Translations under genes and position numbers: made by a program | Notes under the pieces: model-generated | Seen by the model: only the letters and a program-made list of their open reading frames with translations | Databases searched by the model: none | What the model was told of the DNA's origin: nothing | DNA from: Clostridia bacterium | Lineage (GTDB): Bacteria > Bacillota > Clostridia > Monoglobales > Firm-18 | DNA length: 64,000 bases | Reading direction: 5' to 3' | Assembly: GCA_045660545.1 (NCBI GenBank) | Contig: JAZREA010000026.1 | Coordinates: 12,561 to 76,560, forward strand | Part shown: positions 29,276-38,016 of the stretch, in pieces | Layout: each line of letters starts with the position of its first letter | Numbering within the stretch: the first letter of the stretch is position 1

Positions 29276-29314
29276 AACGGGGCAATACTTTTCGTATTGC
29301 CCCGTTATTTTTTT
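29276..29314 (+). terminator. rho-independent terminator
   Basis: AACGGGGCAATAC / GTATTGCCCCGTT stem followed by a T-run. Confidence 0.8.
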
Positions 29315-29376
29315 AAACTTTTTGCATAAACATAACCAATTTTCAAAGAATAATATGTAACGAAGGAGGAGTGTTT

Positions 29377-29547
29377 ATGCAACACTATAAAGATTTAAAC
29401 GACTTGCTCGAAAAGAGCCCCGCTGCCTATAAATTTTACAGCTGTCTTCCGTACGATGTACAGCAGATGCTGGACGAAACCAAGCGGGCAATCTGTACGG
29501 AAAACCAGCTGATGAGCTTTGTAAATAACTATATAGGAAACGAATAA
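29377..29547 (+). CDS. 56-aa hypothetical protein (unannotated by ORF track)
   Basis: MQHYKDLNDLLEKSPAAYKFYSCLPYDVQQMLDETKRAICTENQLMSFVNNYIGNE*. AAGGAGGAG RBS lies 7 nt upstream. Confidence 0.5.
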   Translation: MQHYKDLNDLLEKSPAAYKFYSCLPYDVQQMLDETKRAICTENQLMSFVNNYIGNE

Positions 29548-30684
29548 TCAAATAGATTTTTTAAATAGTGAAAGCATGTTTGTAAATAAATACGAAAGCT
29601 TGTCGGAAAACGAGTCTTCGTGTTTAAGTTCAAGTCCGTAACATGTTAAAAGGTCAGTTTTACCTATAACAGAGTCATCAAGCGTTGCTGTAAGCGTACC
29701 CATTTTCTGACCCTTGTAAATCGGTGCGCTTACCTCGTTTTTGTAGTCGTATTGGAGCTTGACTCTCTTTGACTGCGCATCTGTAAGTGTTGCCGAAATA
29801 TCGCTTTTAGCGTATAGCGCCGCCAGTGTGTCGGCGTTTTTTACGTTAACGGAACAGATGTATGCGTTTTTTTCAATTATGTTGTAAAAAGTGTAGGTGC
29901 TAAAAGCCTGCTCGTACATAGAAATATGGTCGTTCCAGTCGTCAGGCGCACAAAGCGTTACTGCAATTAGGTTCATACCGTCTTTTGTTGCGGAGGTTAC
30001 GAGGCACCTCCCGCACGATTTTGTAAATCCGGTCTTTACACCCGTACAATATTCGTACATGCTCAGCAGTCTGTTGTGGTTTGTAAGATATCTTGAATTT
30101 TCCGCCCCGTTTAGTTCGACATTTTTTCTTTTGGTTGCGACAATTTCTGCGAATTTTTCGTTTTTTAAGGCGTAGCGTGTCAACATCGCCATATCAAGGG
30201 CGGTGGAGTAGTGCGCGTCGGCGTCAAGCCCGTGAGGGTTTTCGAAAGATGTGTCTTTTAGCCCGATTTCTTTTGCCTTTTTGTTCATAAGCTTTGCAAA
30301 ATCCGAGACACTGCCGCTGATATGCTCTGCGATAGCGGTTGCCGCGTCGTTGCCGGAGTTTAGCATAAGCCCGTATATTAAGCTTTCCATCTTTATTTTT
30401 TCTCCGCTGTTTAGGTACATCGATGACCCTTCCGTAGATGCGGCGTTGTATGAAACGGTTACGATTTCGTCCGGATTGCAGTTTTCGAGGGCCAAAATTG
30501 CAGTCATAATCTTAGTCGTGCTTGCCATACCCAGTTTTTGTGTCGGGTTTTTGCTGTATATTACTCTCCCGCTGTCTGCATCTATCAGCACCGAGCTTTT
30601 GGCGGAGTTTGCGCTGACACATGAGAAAATGCTAATACATATCAAAGTAAGTAAAGCGGTTTTTTTAAACACTGATTGCACCAT
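29548..30684 (-). CDS. D-alanyl-D-alanine carboxypeptidase (PBP5*/DacB-DacF-like)
   Basis: 378 aa with signal peptide, SxxK (MASTTK), SGN and KTG motifs. Directly downstream of sigE. Confidence 0.9.
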   Translation of the reverse strand: MVQSVFKKTALLTLICISIFSCVSANSAKSSVLIDADSGRVIYSKNPTQKLGMASTTKIMTAILALENCNPDEIVTVSYNAASTEGSSMYLNSGEKIKMESLIYGLMLNSGNDAATAIAEHISGSVSDFAKLMNKKAKEIGLKDTSFENPHGLDADAHYSTALDMAMLTRYALKNEKFAEIVATKRKNVELNGAENSRYLTNHNRLLSMYEYCTGVKTGFTKSCGRCLVTSATKDGMNLIAVTLCAPDDWNDHISMYEQAFSTYTFYNIIEKNAYICSVNVKNADTLAALYAKSDISATLTDAQSKRVKLQYDYKNEVSAPIYKGQKMGTLTATLDDSVIGKTDLLTCYGLELKHEDSFSDKLSYLFTNMLSLFKKSI

Positions 30685-30685
30685 C

Positions 30686-31384
30686 CTAATCTATCATCTT
30701 GTTTATTTCTTTTCTTAGCTTGCTGATAATCTTTTTTTCCAGCCTCGAAATGTAAGATTGCGATATTCCAAGCATGGTTGCGACCTCTTTTTGCGTTTTT
30801 TCGCCCGTTGTTCCAATGCCAAAGCGCAAATTTATGATGTTTTGCTCGCGGCTTGACAGCTTGTGCATCGCCTCGTGCAACAGCTCGCGGTCCACCGCGT
30901 CTTCGATACCTCTGTGTGTAACGTCAGGGTCTGTGCCGAGTATGTCTGAGAGCAAAAGCTCGTTTCCGTCCCAGTCGGTGTTTAATGGCTCGTCGATAGA
31001 CACCTCGTTTTTAGAGTTGCTGTTTTTTCTAAGGTACATCAGTATCTCGTTTTCTATGCACCTTGATGCGTATGTAGCAAGCTTTATGTTTTTGCCGGGG
31101 TTAAAGGTGTTTACCGCCTTTATAAGACCGATTGTGCCGATGGAAATTAAGTCTTCAATGTTAATCCCCGTGTTTTCAAACTTTTTTGCAATATACACAA
31201 CAAGCCTTAGGTTGTGTTCGATTAACATATTTTTAGACTTTTCTTCGTCTATTTCCAAAAGGCACTTTTTCTCTTCCTCGGGCGACAGAGGGGGAGGCAG
31301 TATGTCACTGCCTCCGATATAGTTTATGCAGTTTCTTTTGAAATTTAATAATATCTTAATAATTTCAAGAAATATTGACACCAT
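30686..31384 (-). CDS. sigE: sporulation sigma factor SigE (pro-sigma-E)
   Basis: Sigma-70 regions 2-4 ([30 protein letters not shown]) with an N-terminal pro-sequence. Preceded by spoIIGA. Confidence 0.9.
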   Translation of the reverse strand: MVSIFLEIIKILLNFKRNCINYIGGSDILPPPLSPEEEKKCLLEIDEEKSKNMLIEHNLRLVVYIAKKFENTGINIEDLISIGTIGLIKAVNTFNPGKNIKLATYASRCIENEILMYLRKNSNSKNEVSIDEPLNTDWDGNELLLSDILGTDPDVTHRGIEDAVDRELLHEAMHKLSSREQNIINLRFGIGTTGEKTQKEVATMLGISQSYISRLEKKIISKLRKEINKMID

Positions 31385-32234
31385 GTTTTGTAAAAGCCTC
31401 CTTGTTTTTTATAATTTGCGGGCCGAAAATGGCGCTGTAATCATTTAATGTATGTATAGCCGTACAAGATATTGCGACTACTGCATCGACCGGATTATTA
31501 TTAATCTTAATTTCATCGGGCTTAATACCCAGCAAAAACCCATCCCCCGAAATTGCCTTGTAAGGTATTAACTTCAAGCGATGTTCGGTACAAAACGACG
31601 TGTAGATTTTAAGTACATCCTCGTTGTGTAAAAGGCTGTACACCATTTCGGACGGTAGAATATCTTTTATTGAGTTTAGCGATACTACAATTACCGGTTT
31701 TTTAGTTACAGGGTCTGTAAGATGATTTCCTGTGTCGCAAAACGCCTTTGTGCTAACTTGCTTTTTGTTGTAGCTTATGTTAAGGTTGGTTACATTCTTG
31801 TTTAGGATTGTCAGCTTTTTTACTATATCGCCGACAGCGCTTATAAGTATGTAACTAATTGCGATACAAAGCATTAACACTCCACCAAGCTCGTAGTCTT
31901 GTGTGGCTTTAAGGGTGTTTTGCAGCGCAAGCGCACACCCGCCTGTTATAAATGCGACGCAGTAGAATATAACAGTTGCACGAAAAAGCCCTTTCGCACT
32001 CTTGTCGCAAAAGCATATCCACACGGCAAAAGAAGTAACTAAAATCCATAGTGTAACGAGTATCCACTTTTGTATAGGGAATAAAATCAAGATGGAATAA
32101 ACGCTGCCCAAAGCGGCACAAAGCGCAATCTTGTAGTTTTTACTGTCTGATTTTAATATTGTTTTTGTTACATGAAGAATAAAAAAATTCAGTATAAAGT
32201 TGGTTGCAAAAAATCTGTCTATGTATATAGTCAT
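31365..32234 (-). CDS. spoIIGA: sigma-E processing peptidase SpoIIGA
   Basis: 289 aa with 5 N-terminal TM and the aspartic protease motif [10 protein letters not shown]. Confidence 0.9.
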   Translation of the reverse strand: MTIYIDRFFATNFILNFFILHVTKTILKSDSKNYKIALCAALGSVYSILILFPIQKWILVTLWILVTSFAVWICFCDKSAKGLFRATVIFYCVAFITGGCALALQNTLKATQDYELGGVLMLCIAISYILISAVGDIVKKLTILNKNVTNLNISYNKKQVSTKAFCDTGNHLTDPVTKKPVIVVSLNSIKDILPSEMVYSLLHNEDVLKIYTSFCTEHRLKLIPYKAISGDGFLLGIKPDEIKINNNPVDAVVAISCTAIHTLNDYSAIFGPQIIKNKEAFTKHGVNIS

Positions 32235-32235
32235 A

Positions 32236-32285
32236 AAAGCCTCCTGTATATATTATACATGGAGGCTTTAATAAAAAATGTCGAA
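32236..32285 (-). promoter_or_regulatory. candidate Spo0A-dependent spoIIG promoter overlapping an SD-sequestering hairpin
   Basis: Minus strand reads TTCGACA (0A-box/-35-like, 32285-32279), 21-nt spacer, TATAAT (32257-32252). The 9+5-bp hairpin has arms 32269-32261 and 32244-32236, and its 3' arm is the GGAGG SD of spoIIGA. Confidence 0.45.
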
Positions 32286-32313
32286 AAAGTAGCGCCGAAA
32301 AAATTTCGGCGCT
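32283..32313 (-). terminator. rho-independent terminator after folT
   Basis: AGCGCCGA / TCGGCGCT stem followed by a U-run on the minus strand. Confidence 0.65.
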
Positions 32314-32318
32314 TTAAT

Positions 32319-32873
32319 TTATGCTTTGTATGTTATTTTGTTTAAAAACGGCCTGATTATAACGAGTACGACAAACACAAGAACAAACTGAATAAGACAA
32401 ATAGGTGTTCTCGTTATAAGGGTTGCGACGTACGGCATACCAAAGGAAAATGAGAGTACAAACGTCTTTAAAAACAGGTTGATTATAAGCTGCAAGACGT
32501 CACAAACCGCGGTAGAGATAATGTATCTTCTGTTGCCAAGGTTGTAAAACATAAGCCCGTATAAAAACCCGAACAAAAACTCAATCATCGTAAGATACGG
32601 TATAAAAGCGCCCGTCGGGTTAACAAGGTACGATACAACGTCTGCGAGCGTAGCTACAAGGCCTCCGATAATTCCGCCAAAGGAGATTGATGCGACAAAC
32701 ACCGATACAAAGCTTATAGAAATTTTGCCGATGTTGCCGAGCCTTAGATAGCCCGATACCGCAGAAAGAACAACTGTTACTGCAATCAGCAGAGCTATTG
32801 CGCACATGCCTTTTGTGTTAATCTTGGGCGTGTGAAATATCCTTTTTGCTGATAAAAACCTGCTTTTTTGCAT
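32319..32873 (-). CDS. folT: ECF transporter S component, folate family (FolT-like)
   Basis: 184 aa, about 6 TM, preceded by a THF-riboswitch-like leader. Confidence 0.75.
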   Translation of the reverse strand: MQKSRFLSAKRIFHTPKINTKGMCAIALLIAVTVVLSAVSGYLRLGNIGKISISFVSVFVASISFGGIIGGLVATLADVVSYLVNPTGAFIPYLTMIEFLFGFLYGLMFYNLGNRRYIISTAVCDVLQLIINLFLKTFVLSFSFGMPYVATLITRTPICLIQFVLVFVVLVIIRPFLNKITYKA

Positions 32874-32935
32874 AAAAAAACCTCCCTAGTCACATTTTCT
32901 CGCCATATGAATAAGAAGGCAAATTGAACCGATTC

Positions 32936-33050
32936 CTACAGCGGGATGCAGAACATGTATCGCAATCAAAAGATTTTCGTTCAGCAACAACTCCCCGTCT
33001 GCTGACACTGTATGCCAATTTGGGCAAAACGCACATGTCCTTACTCTGTT
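32936..33050 (-). promoter_or_regulatory. THF (tetrahydrofolate) riboswitch
   Basis: Minus-strand RNA reads ACAGAGUAAGGACAUGUGCGUU...GACGGGGAGU...AACGAAAA...GCGAUACAUGUUCUGCAUCCCGCUGU. It aligns with the known THF aptamer blocks AGAGUAG / GCGUU / GGGAUG / ACGAAG / UGCAUCCGCU. Confidence 0.7.
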
Positions 33051-33130
33051 TTAGCTATTATACAACCAATTAAAAATTATGTCAATATATTGTTCTAAAA
33101 TGGACATGCAGATAATAAAATTACTGTGAG

Positions 33131-33982
33131 GTGACCAAAGTGAAAAACATTTTGTCCAGACTTCCCGCGCCGCTTGCAGATAAAATCTTAAAAACCGGTC
33201 TTTTAAATGATGTTACGGAAGTAAGCCTAAGAGCCGACAAAGACACGGTGTTAAGAACGAACAACAAGTACTTTTCTGTTGGATACAGCCTCTCGGGAAG
33301 CGACCTTGTTCTCTTGCTCCAGAAGTTTTGCGACCTTTCGGTTTACGCGTATATGGATGAGATTAAAAACGGCTTTGTTACAGTAACCGGGGGCCATAGA
33401 GTAGGAGTGTGCGGAACAGTAGTTACCGAAATGGGAAGAGTTACGAACATAAAAAACATATCCTCTTTAAATATACGTGTAGCCCACGAGGTTGTGGGGT
33501 GCTCAGATAATATACCTCTTGGCTTTGGAAGCCTGCTTGTCATTTCTCCACCGGGCTGTGGGAAGACTACAATCCTTCGCGACCTGTGCAGAAGAATCGG
33601 ACAAACCCATAAGGTCAGTATAGTTGATGAACGCGGCGAGCTTGCCGCAATGCACAACGGCAAAAGCAACTTTAACTTAGGAGCGATGACGGACGTGATG
33701 TCGCTGTGCCCCAAAAGGTACGGAATAGAGTATGTGCTAAGGAGTATGTCGCCCGACTATATAGTAACTGACGAGATAGCTGAGGAGGACAAAGAGTCGG
33801 TCAAAAAGGCGCTGTCTTACGGTGTTGGTATAATAGCCTCTGCTCACGGAAACAACATAAGGAGTACTCTTTTAAGGCTTGGTTTTGAGCGGGGTGCCAA
33901 CATTTTTGACAAAATACTTCTGCTTAGTCAAAGCAACGGAGTAGGAACGATAGAAAAGATAATAAACATAAATGAAAAATAA
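33131..33982 (+). CDS. spoIIIAA: stage III sporulation protein AA (ATPase)
   Basis: 283 aa, GTG start, Walker A (SPPGCGKTT), first gene of the 8-gene operon. Confidence 0.9.
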   Translation: MTKVKNILSRLPAPLADKILKTGLLNDVTEVSLRADKDTVLRTNNKYFSVGYSLSGSDLVLLLQKFCDLSVYAYMDEIKNGFVTVTGGHRVGVCGTVVTEMGRVTNIKNISSLNIRVAHEVVGCSDNIPLGFGSLLVISPPGCGKTTILRDLCRRIGQTHKVSIVDERGELAAMHNGKSNFNLGAMTDVMSLCPKRYGIEYVLRSMSPDYIVTDEIAEEDKESVKKALSYGVGIIASAHGNNIRSTLLRLGFERGANIFDKILLLSQSNGVGTIEKIININEK

Positions 33983-34514
33983 CAAAGGAGATGTTAGTTT
34001 GACAAAGCTTATAGGATTCTTAATAATCTTGTTTTCATCATCGAAAATAGGTATTGATGTCAGCCGCACTTATCGGTGCAGGACGAGGGAGCTTCGCTCT
34101 TTAATCACAGCGTTCGAGCTTTTAAAAAACGAAATAACCTTTACCAAAAACGTAGCGGGACGTGCGCTTTTTGGCGCGTCAACCGTGTCTGTACCAATCA
34201 TAAAGTCTATGTTTAAAGGTATATCAGAGCGGATTATAAATGAACACGTTACAGCCTCTGAGGCTTTTGAGGGTTTTTTAAAGGAAAACATAGGATATTT
34301 TTCTTTAAACAAAGCAGACTTTGAAATTTTAAGAGAGTTTTTTGCGAATTTTGGTTCACATAGCCCAAGTGAAGAGGTAGAAAGCATAAATAACATAGTC
34401 GCAAGACTGTCGTCAAACTTAGAGTCTGCCGAGACGAGCGAGGGGAAATATTCGCGCCTTTTTGCAACCTCGGGTGTTTTGTGCGGCTTTTTCATAGCAA
34501 TATTATTTATATAA
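33972..34514 (+). CDS. spoIIIAB: stage III sporulation protein AB
   Basis: 180 aa with N- and C-terminal TM. Position and size fit SpoIIIAB. Confidence 0.85.
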   Translation: MKNNKGDVSLTKLIGFLIILFSSSKIGIDVSRTYRCRTRELRSLITAFELLKNEITFTKNVAGRALFGASTVSVPIIKSMFKGISERIINEHVTASEAFEGFLKENIGYFSLNKADFEILREFFANFGSHSPSEEVESINNIVARLSSNLESAETSEGKYSRLFATSGVLCGFFIAILFI

Positions 34515-34529
34515 AACGGAGGAAGAAAT

Positions 34530-34730
34530 ATGGATAGCGGAATAGAACTGGTTTTTAAAATAGCGGCTATCGGAATAATCGTATCTGTTTTGCACAACTT
34601 GTTAAACCAGGCTGGCAAGAGCGAGCTTGGAATTATGACGTCGCTTGCGGGGCTGATGGTTGCGCTTATCTTAATTGTACAAAAGGTAACCGACCTCTTT
34701 TCTGTAATAAGAAAGCTGTTTGAACTATGA
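34530..34730 (+). CDS. spoIIIAC: stage III sporulation protein AC
   Basis: 66 aa, 2 TM (FKIAAIGIIVSVL...), typical SpoIIIAC. Confidence 0.9.
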   Translation: MDSGIELVFKIAAIGIIVSVLHNLLNQAGKSELGIMTSLAGLMVALILIVQKVTDLFSVIRKLFEL

Positions 34731-35104
34731 TCAGGATAATTGCGGTTGGCTTTTTGGGTGTACTTGCCTCTGCTTCTTTAAGAAAGATAAATCCGAACTT
34801 CTCTTACATAGCCGCAATAGCGACAGGCGTGCTCATAATAGGTATGCTCTACTTAGATATTGATAACCTTATTAATATTATAAAAACAGTAAGCGAGGGC
34901 TATGGGATATCAGATGAATATATTAAGCTGCTCCTAAAGGTTATAGGGATATCTTATATTACACAGTTTGCGGCTTCTGCCGCGGATGAGTGCGGCGAAA
35001 AGTTTATTGCACGAAAAATCGAGTTTGCAGGCAGGGTGTTTATACTGACTCTTACATTCCCGATACTCGTAAATTTGTTGAATGCAATTCTTGGAATTTT
35101 ATAG
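34727..35104 (+). CDS. spoIIIAD: stage III sporulation protein AD
   Basis: 125 aa, 4 TM, overlaps the AC stop. Confidence 0.9.
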   Translation: MIRIIAVGFLGVLASASLRKINPNFSYIAAIATGVLIIGMLYLDIDNLINIIKTVSEGYGISDEYIKLLLKVIGISYITQFAASAADECGEKFIARKIEFAGRVFILTLTFPILVNLLNAILGIL

Positions 35105-35111
35105 GTGACGT

Positions 35112-36224
35112 ATGAAAAAAACTTTGGCTTTTTTGTGTCTGATACTGTTCTTTTTAACCTTTAAGGTGTATGCCGATATTCCACAGATTAAGCCCGACGA
35201 GAAAACGCTTGACAACGTTGGAAAAAGCTTTGAGATTATAGAGGACGACATAGGCGACCTTGATGTGTTTTCCTTGCTCGATTCTCTTACGGAGGGCAAT
35301 TTTAATGTGGATAACGAAGGGCTTGTCAGTAAAATAAAACAAACTGTAAAAAAGTCCCTTGATGACAACTACGGCTTCGCCTTTAAGTTGACACTTTTTC
35401 TTTTGCTTACCGCCATAGCTGATATGCTTAATGTTTCAAAACAAGGCGCAGATGCCGTAAAGCTTTTGTCTGTAAGCATAATTTCTCTTACCCTCGCAGG
35501 AGTGTTTGTAGAGTCGTTTGAATACGCGGCGGACGTCATAGACAGGATGGTTTTGTTTATAAATTCCCTGATTCCAACGCTTTTAACCCTTTTGGCAGCA
35601 AGCGGCGGAGTGACGACGGCGGGGGTTTTAAACCCCGTTATGCTGGGCGTCTCTTCCACTGTAACCATGGTTGTAAGGTCAGTTATTATGCCGCTTACCA
35701 CAGTAGGCTTTTCTCTTAAAATTTGTGCCGCGGTTACGGGTAAAGAGCATGTATCCGAGCTTGGAGGACGGGTTTTTTCGCTGATTAAATGGGGGACAGG
35801 TCTCGTAACCACCATATATATCGGGGTGATTACAATTGTAGGCACCGCCGCCCCAAGTGTTGACGAAATAACTATCAAAACAGCCAAATACGCTGTTTCA
35901 AGCTTTGTTCCATACGTAGGCGGAATGCTCTCAGACAGCGTGGAGCTTGTGCTTAATTGCTCGCGGGTTGTTAAAAATTCTGTAGGAATTTTGGGCCTTG
36001 TCGGGGTTTTGGCTGTCGTCGTTGTACCTTTTTTAAGTATGGGTGTAAAAATACTTTTGCTTAATCTGGTCTTTATATGCACAACACCTGTTATTTCAAG
36101 CGGCGTAAGAAAGGTGCTAAAAGAGGTAATCTCAGCGCTTGGTATAGCTCTGGGCCTGCTTGTGCTGGTAGGGGTAATGTACATAGTTTCAATAACAGTA
36201 ATAATCTTTATAGGTGGTGCATAA
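35112..36224 (+). CDS. spoIIIAE: stage III sporulation protein AE
   Basis: 370 aa with signal peptide plus a polytopic membrane domain. Confidence 0.9.
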   Translation: MKKTLAFLCLILFFLTFKVYADIPQIKPDEKTLDNVGKSFEIIEDDIGDLDVFSLLDSLTEGNFNVDNEGLVSKIKQTVKKSLDDNYGFAFKLTLFLLLTAIADMLNVSKQGADAVKLLSVSIISLTLAGVFVESFEYAADVIDRMVLFINSLIPTLLTLLAASGGVTTAGVLNPVMLGVSSTVTMVVRSVIMPLTTVGFSLKICAAVTGKEHVSELGGRVFSLIKWGTGLVTTIYIGVITIVGTAAPSVDEITIKTAKYAVSSFVPYVGGMLSDSVELVLNCSRVVKNSVGILGLVGVLAVVVVPFLSMGVKILLLNLVFICTTPVISSGVRKVLKEVISALGIALGLLVLVGVMYIVSITVIIFIGGA

Positions 36225-36225
36225 G

Positions 36226-36612
36226 ATGGATAGTGTATTAAAGCTTACAAGGCTTATAATCGCCCTGACTTTTTTGTGGACAGCGGCGGAATATATGCTT
36301 GCGGATGCGACGTATAAAAAATACATAGATTTCGCCTACGGACTTGTGCTGATAACCTTGTTGGTAACAACTGTGTTTAATGTAAAACAGCCCGACCTGT
36401 ACGTCGGCACAGACCAAAGTCCGGCGCTTCAAAACGGCGGTAATGAATATGTGCGCAGTCTTTATGAACAAACAGCAGAAAATACTTTGAGGGAAAAATT
36501 TGGCGACAAAACAATAGATGTAACGCTCGGCAAAGATTATAAGGTTTTAGGCTTCACCTGCAAAGACGAGACCACAAAGGCAAAGATAAAGGAGTATCTC
36601 TATGGAGAATAA
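36226..36612 (+). CDS. spoIIIAF: stage III sporulation protein AF (short form)
   Basis: ATG at 36226 after AGGTGG. 2 TM then a small soluble domain. Assigned mainly by operon position. Confidence 0.7.
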   Translation: MDSVLKLTRLIIALTFLWTAAEYMLADATYKKYIDFAYGLVLITLLVTTVFNVKQPDLYVGTDQSPALQNGGNEYVRSLYEQTAENTLREKFGDKTIDVTLGKDYKVLGFTCKDETTKAKIKEYLYGE

Positions 36613-36940
36613 ATTCCACAGCTTTTTAATGAATAATACAAAGTATCTGATTATACTTGCGGTTGGAGTTGCTCTTATCGTAATCTCTTCCGGTGGCGGA
36701 CAGGTAGAGCATGTCAGCAGCAAAACACAGACACAGTTAAAACAAACTTTACAGATGGCGGAGGGGGTAGGCGATGTAGAGATTATGATTACATATAATG
36801 AGGACGGCTCTGCCCAAGGCGCAATAATAATAGCCGAAGGCGCCAAAAACAGCGGAACGAAAAAGCTGCTTCGCGACTGTGCTACGGCGGTTTTGAATCT
36901 TCCCGACTATAAGGTACAAATTTTAAACAAGAAGGAATAG
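36602..36940 (+). CDS. spoIIIAG: stage III sporulation protein AG (short, 112 aa)
   Basis: One TM then GVGDVEIMITY...GAIIIAEGA...VLNLPDYKVQIL, resembling the conserved SpoIIIAG C-terminal ring-building motif. Confidence 0.7.
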   Translation: MENKFHSFLMNNTKYLIILAVGVALIVISSGGGQVEHVSSKTQTQLKQTLQMAEGVGDVEIMITYNEDGSAQGAIIIAEGAKNSGTKKLLRDCATAVLNLPDYKVQILNKKE

Positions 36941-36952
36941 GAGAGAATAATA

Positions 36953-37474
36953 ATGAGAAAAATCAAGTTTTCCGATATAAACAAGCGTAATCTAACTCTG
37001 CTCGGATTGGTGGTAGTCGTGGCAGTTGCAGGCGTGATTAATCTCAGGATGTCAGACGGCGAGGTAGCAGAGACACTGGCACCCATACAGGATAATTCCG
37101 AGTTGACCGATAAGGAGACAACCACAGACGACGCCTACACAGAGGCCGTTATGCTTCGCGACCAAAAGCGCAGCGAAAGTATGGACGTTTACAGAGAAAT
37201 AGTAGACAGCACCTCCTACGACAAGGAGACTAAGGACAATGCGCAAGAGATGCTGACAAAGAGCGCAAATTACATAAACGAAGAGGCACTCATCCAGACG
37301 CTCGCAGCCGCAAAAGGCATCGAAAAGTGCGTTGTGTATATTGACGGAAACACTGTAAATGTAGTGGTGTTCAATACAAAACTAACCGACGCTCAGGCAA
37401 ATCAGTTAAAGGATATAGTAATGGAAAACACCGATTTTACAGCTGATAAAATAAAAATTACTGAAAATAAATAA
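36953..37474 (+). CDS. spoIIIAH: stage III sporulation protein AH
   Basis: 173 aa with N-terminal TM and an acidic linker. The C-terminal domain has a VVYIDGNTVNVVV pattern. Last gene of the operon. Confidence 0.75.
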   Translation: MRKIKFSDINKRNLTLLGLVVVVAVAGVINLRMSDGEVAETLAPIQDNSELTDKETTTDDAYTEAVMLRDQKRSESMDVYREIVDSTSYDKETKDNAQEMLTKSANYINEEALIQTLAAAKGIEKCVVYIDGNTVNVVVFNTKLTDAQANQLKDIVMENTDFTADKIKITENK

Positions 37475-37564
37475 AAAGTCTTTTATTTTGAAATAATATG
37501 TGTTATAATGAGAAAAACAAATAAGTTTTGTGTACAAAAGACAAGTAAGAAGGGAGCGCTTTTA

Positions 37565-37966
37565 ATGTACGAAGAAAAAGATAATGTTTCCAAGGCAGGC
37601 AACATAAATATTTCCGAAGAGGTTATCGCTGTTGTGGCAGGTGTCGCTGCGTCTGAAATCAACGGCGTTGCAGGAATGTGTACAAACTTTACAGGCGGTC
37701 TTGGCGACCTGTTTGGTAAGAAGAACTATTCAAAGGGCGTTAAAGTCGAACTTGATACAGATAAGGTTTCAGTTTCTGTTTCTCTTACCTTCGACTACGG
37801 ATGTAAAATACAGGACGTAGCTTTGGAGGTTCAGGAAAAGGTTAAGCGCGAAATCGAAAATATGACGGGCTTGGAGGTTGTTGCAGTTGACGTCTATGTC
37901 AGCGCTATCGCTTTACCTAAGCCGGAAAAGCCCCAGTCTCCCGAGGAAAACACAGGTAAAAAATAA
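37565..37966 (+). CDS. Asp23/Gls24 family envelope stress protein
   Basis: NISEEVIAVVAGVAASEINGVAGM is the family signature. ATG at 37565 sits behind AAGGGAG. Confidence 0.85.
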   Translation: MYEEKDNVSKAGNINISEEVIAVVAGVAASEINGVAGMCTNFTGGLGDLFGKKNYSKGVKVELDTDKVSVSVSLTFDYGCKIQDVALEVQEKVKREIENMTGLEVVAVDVYVSAIALPKPEKPQSPEENTGKK

Positions 37967-38016
37967 AATTTTATTGGTGCAGCTTTTTAGCTGCACCAAA
38001 AAATTGATAAAATCAC

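Noticed and set aside
35369-36184. 271-aa minus-strand ORF
   Set aside because: It is antisense to spoIIIAE inside a contiguous plus-strand operon. The Thr/Pro/Ser-rich translation is typical of the reverse frame of a membrane-protein gene.
37974-38000. TTGGTGCAGCT/AGCTGCACCAA hairpin after the Asp23-family gene as an intrinsic terminator
   Set aside because: It is followed by an A-run rather than a T-run on the coding strand. It may still pause or terminate transcription, but it does not meet the canonical pattern, so it is not listed as a feature.
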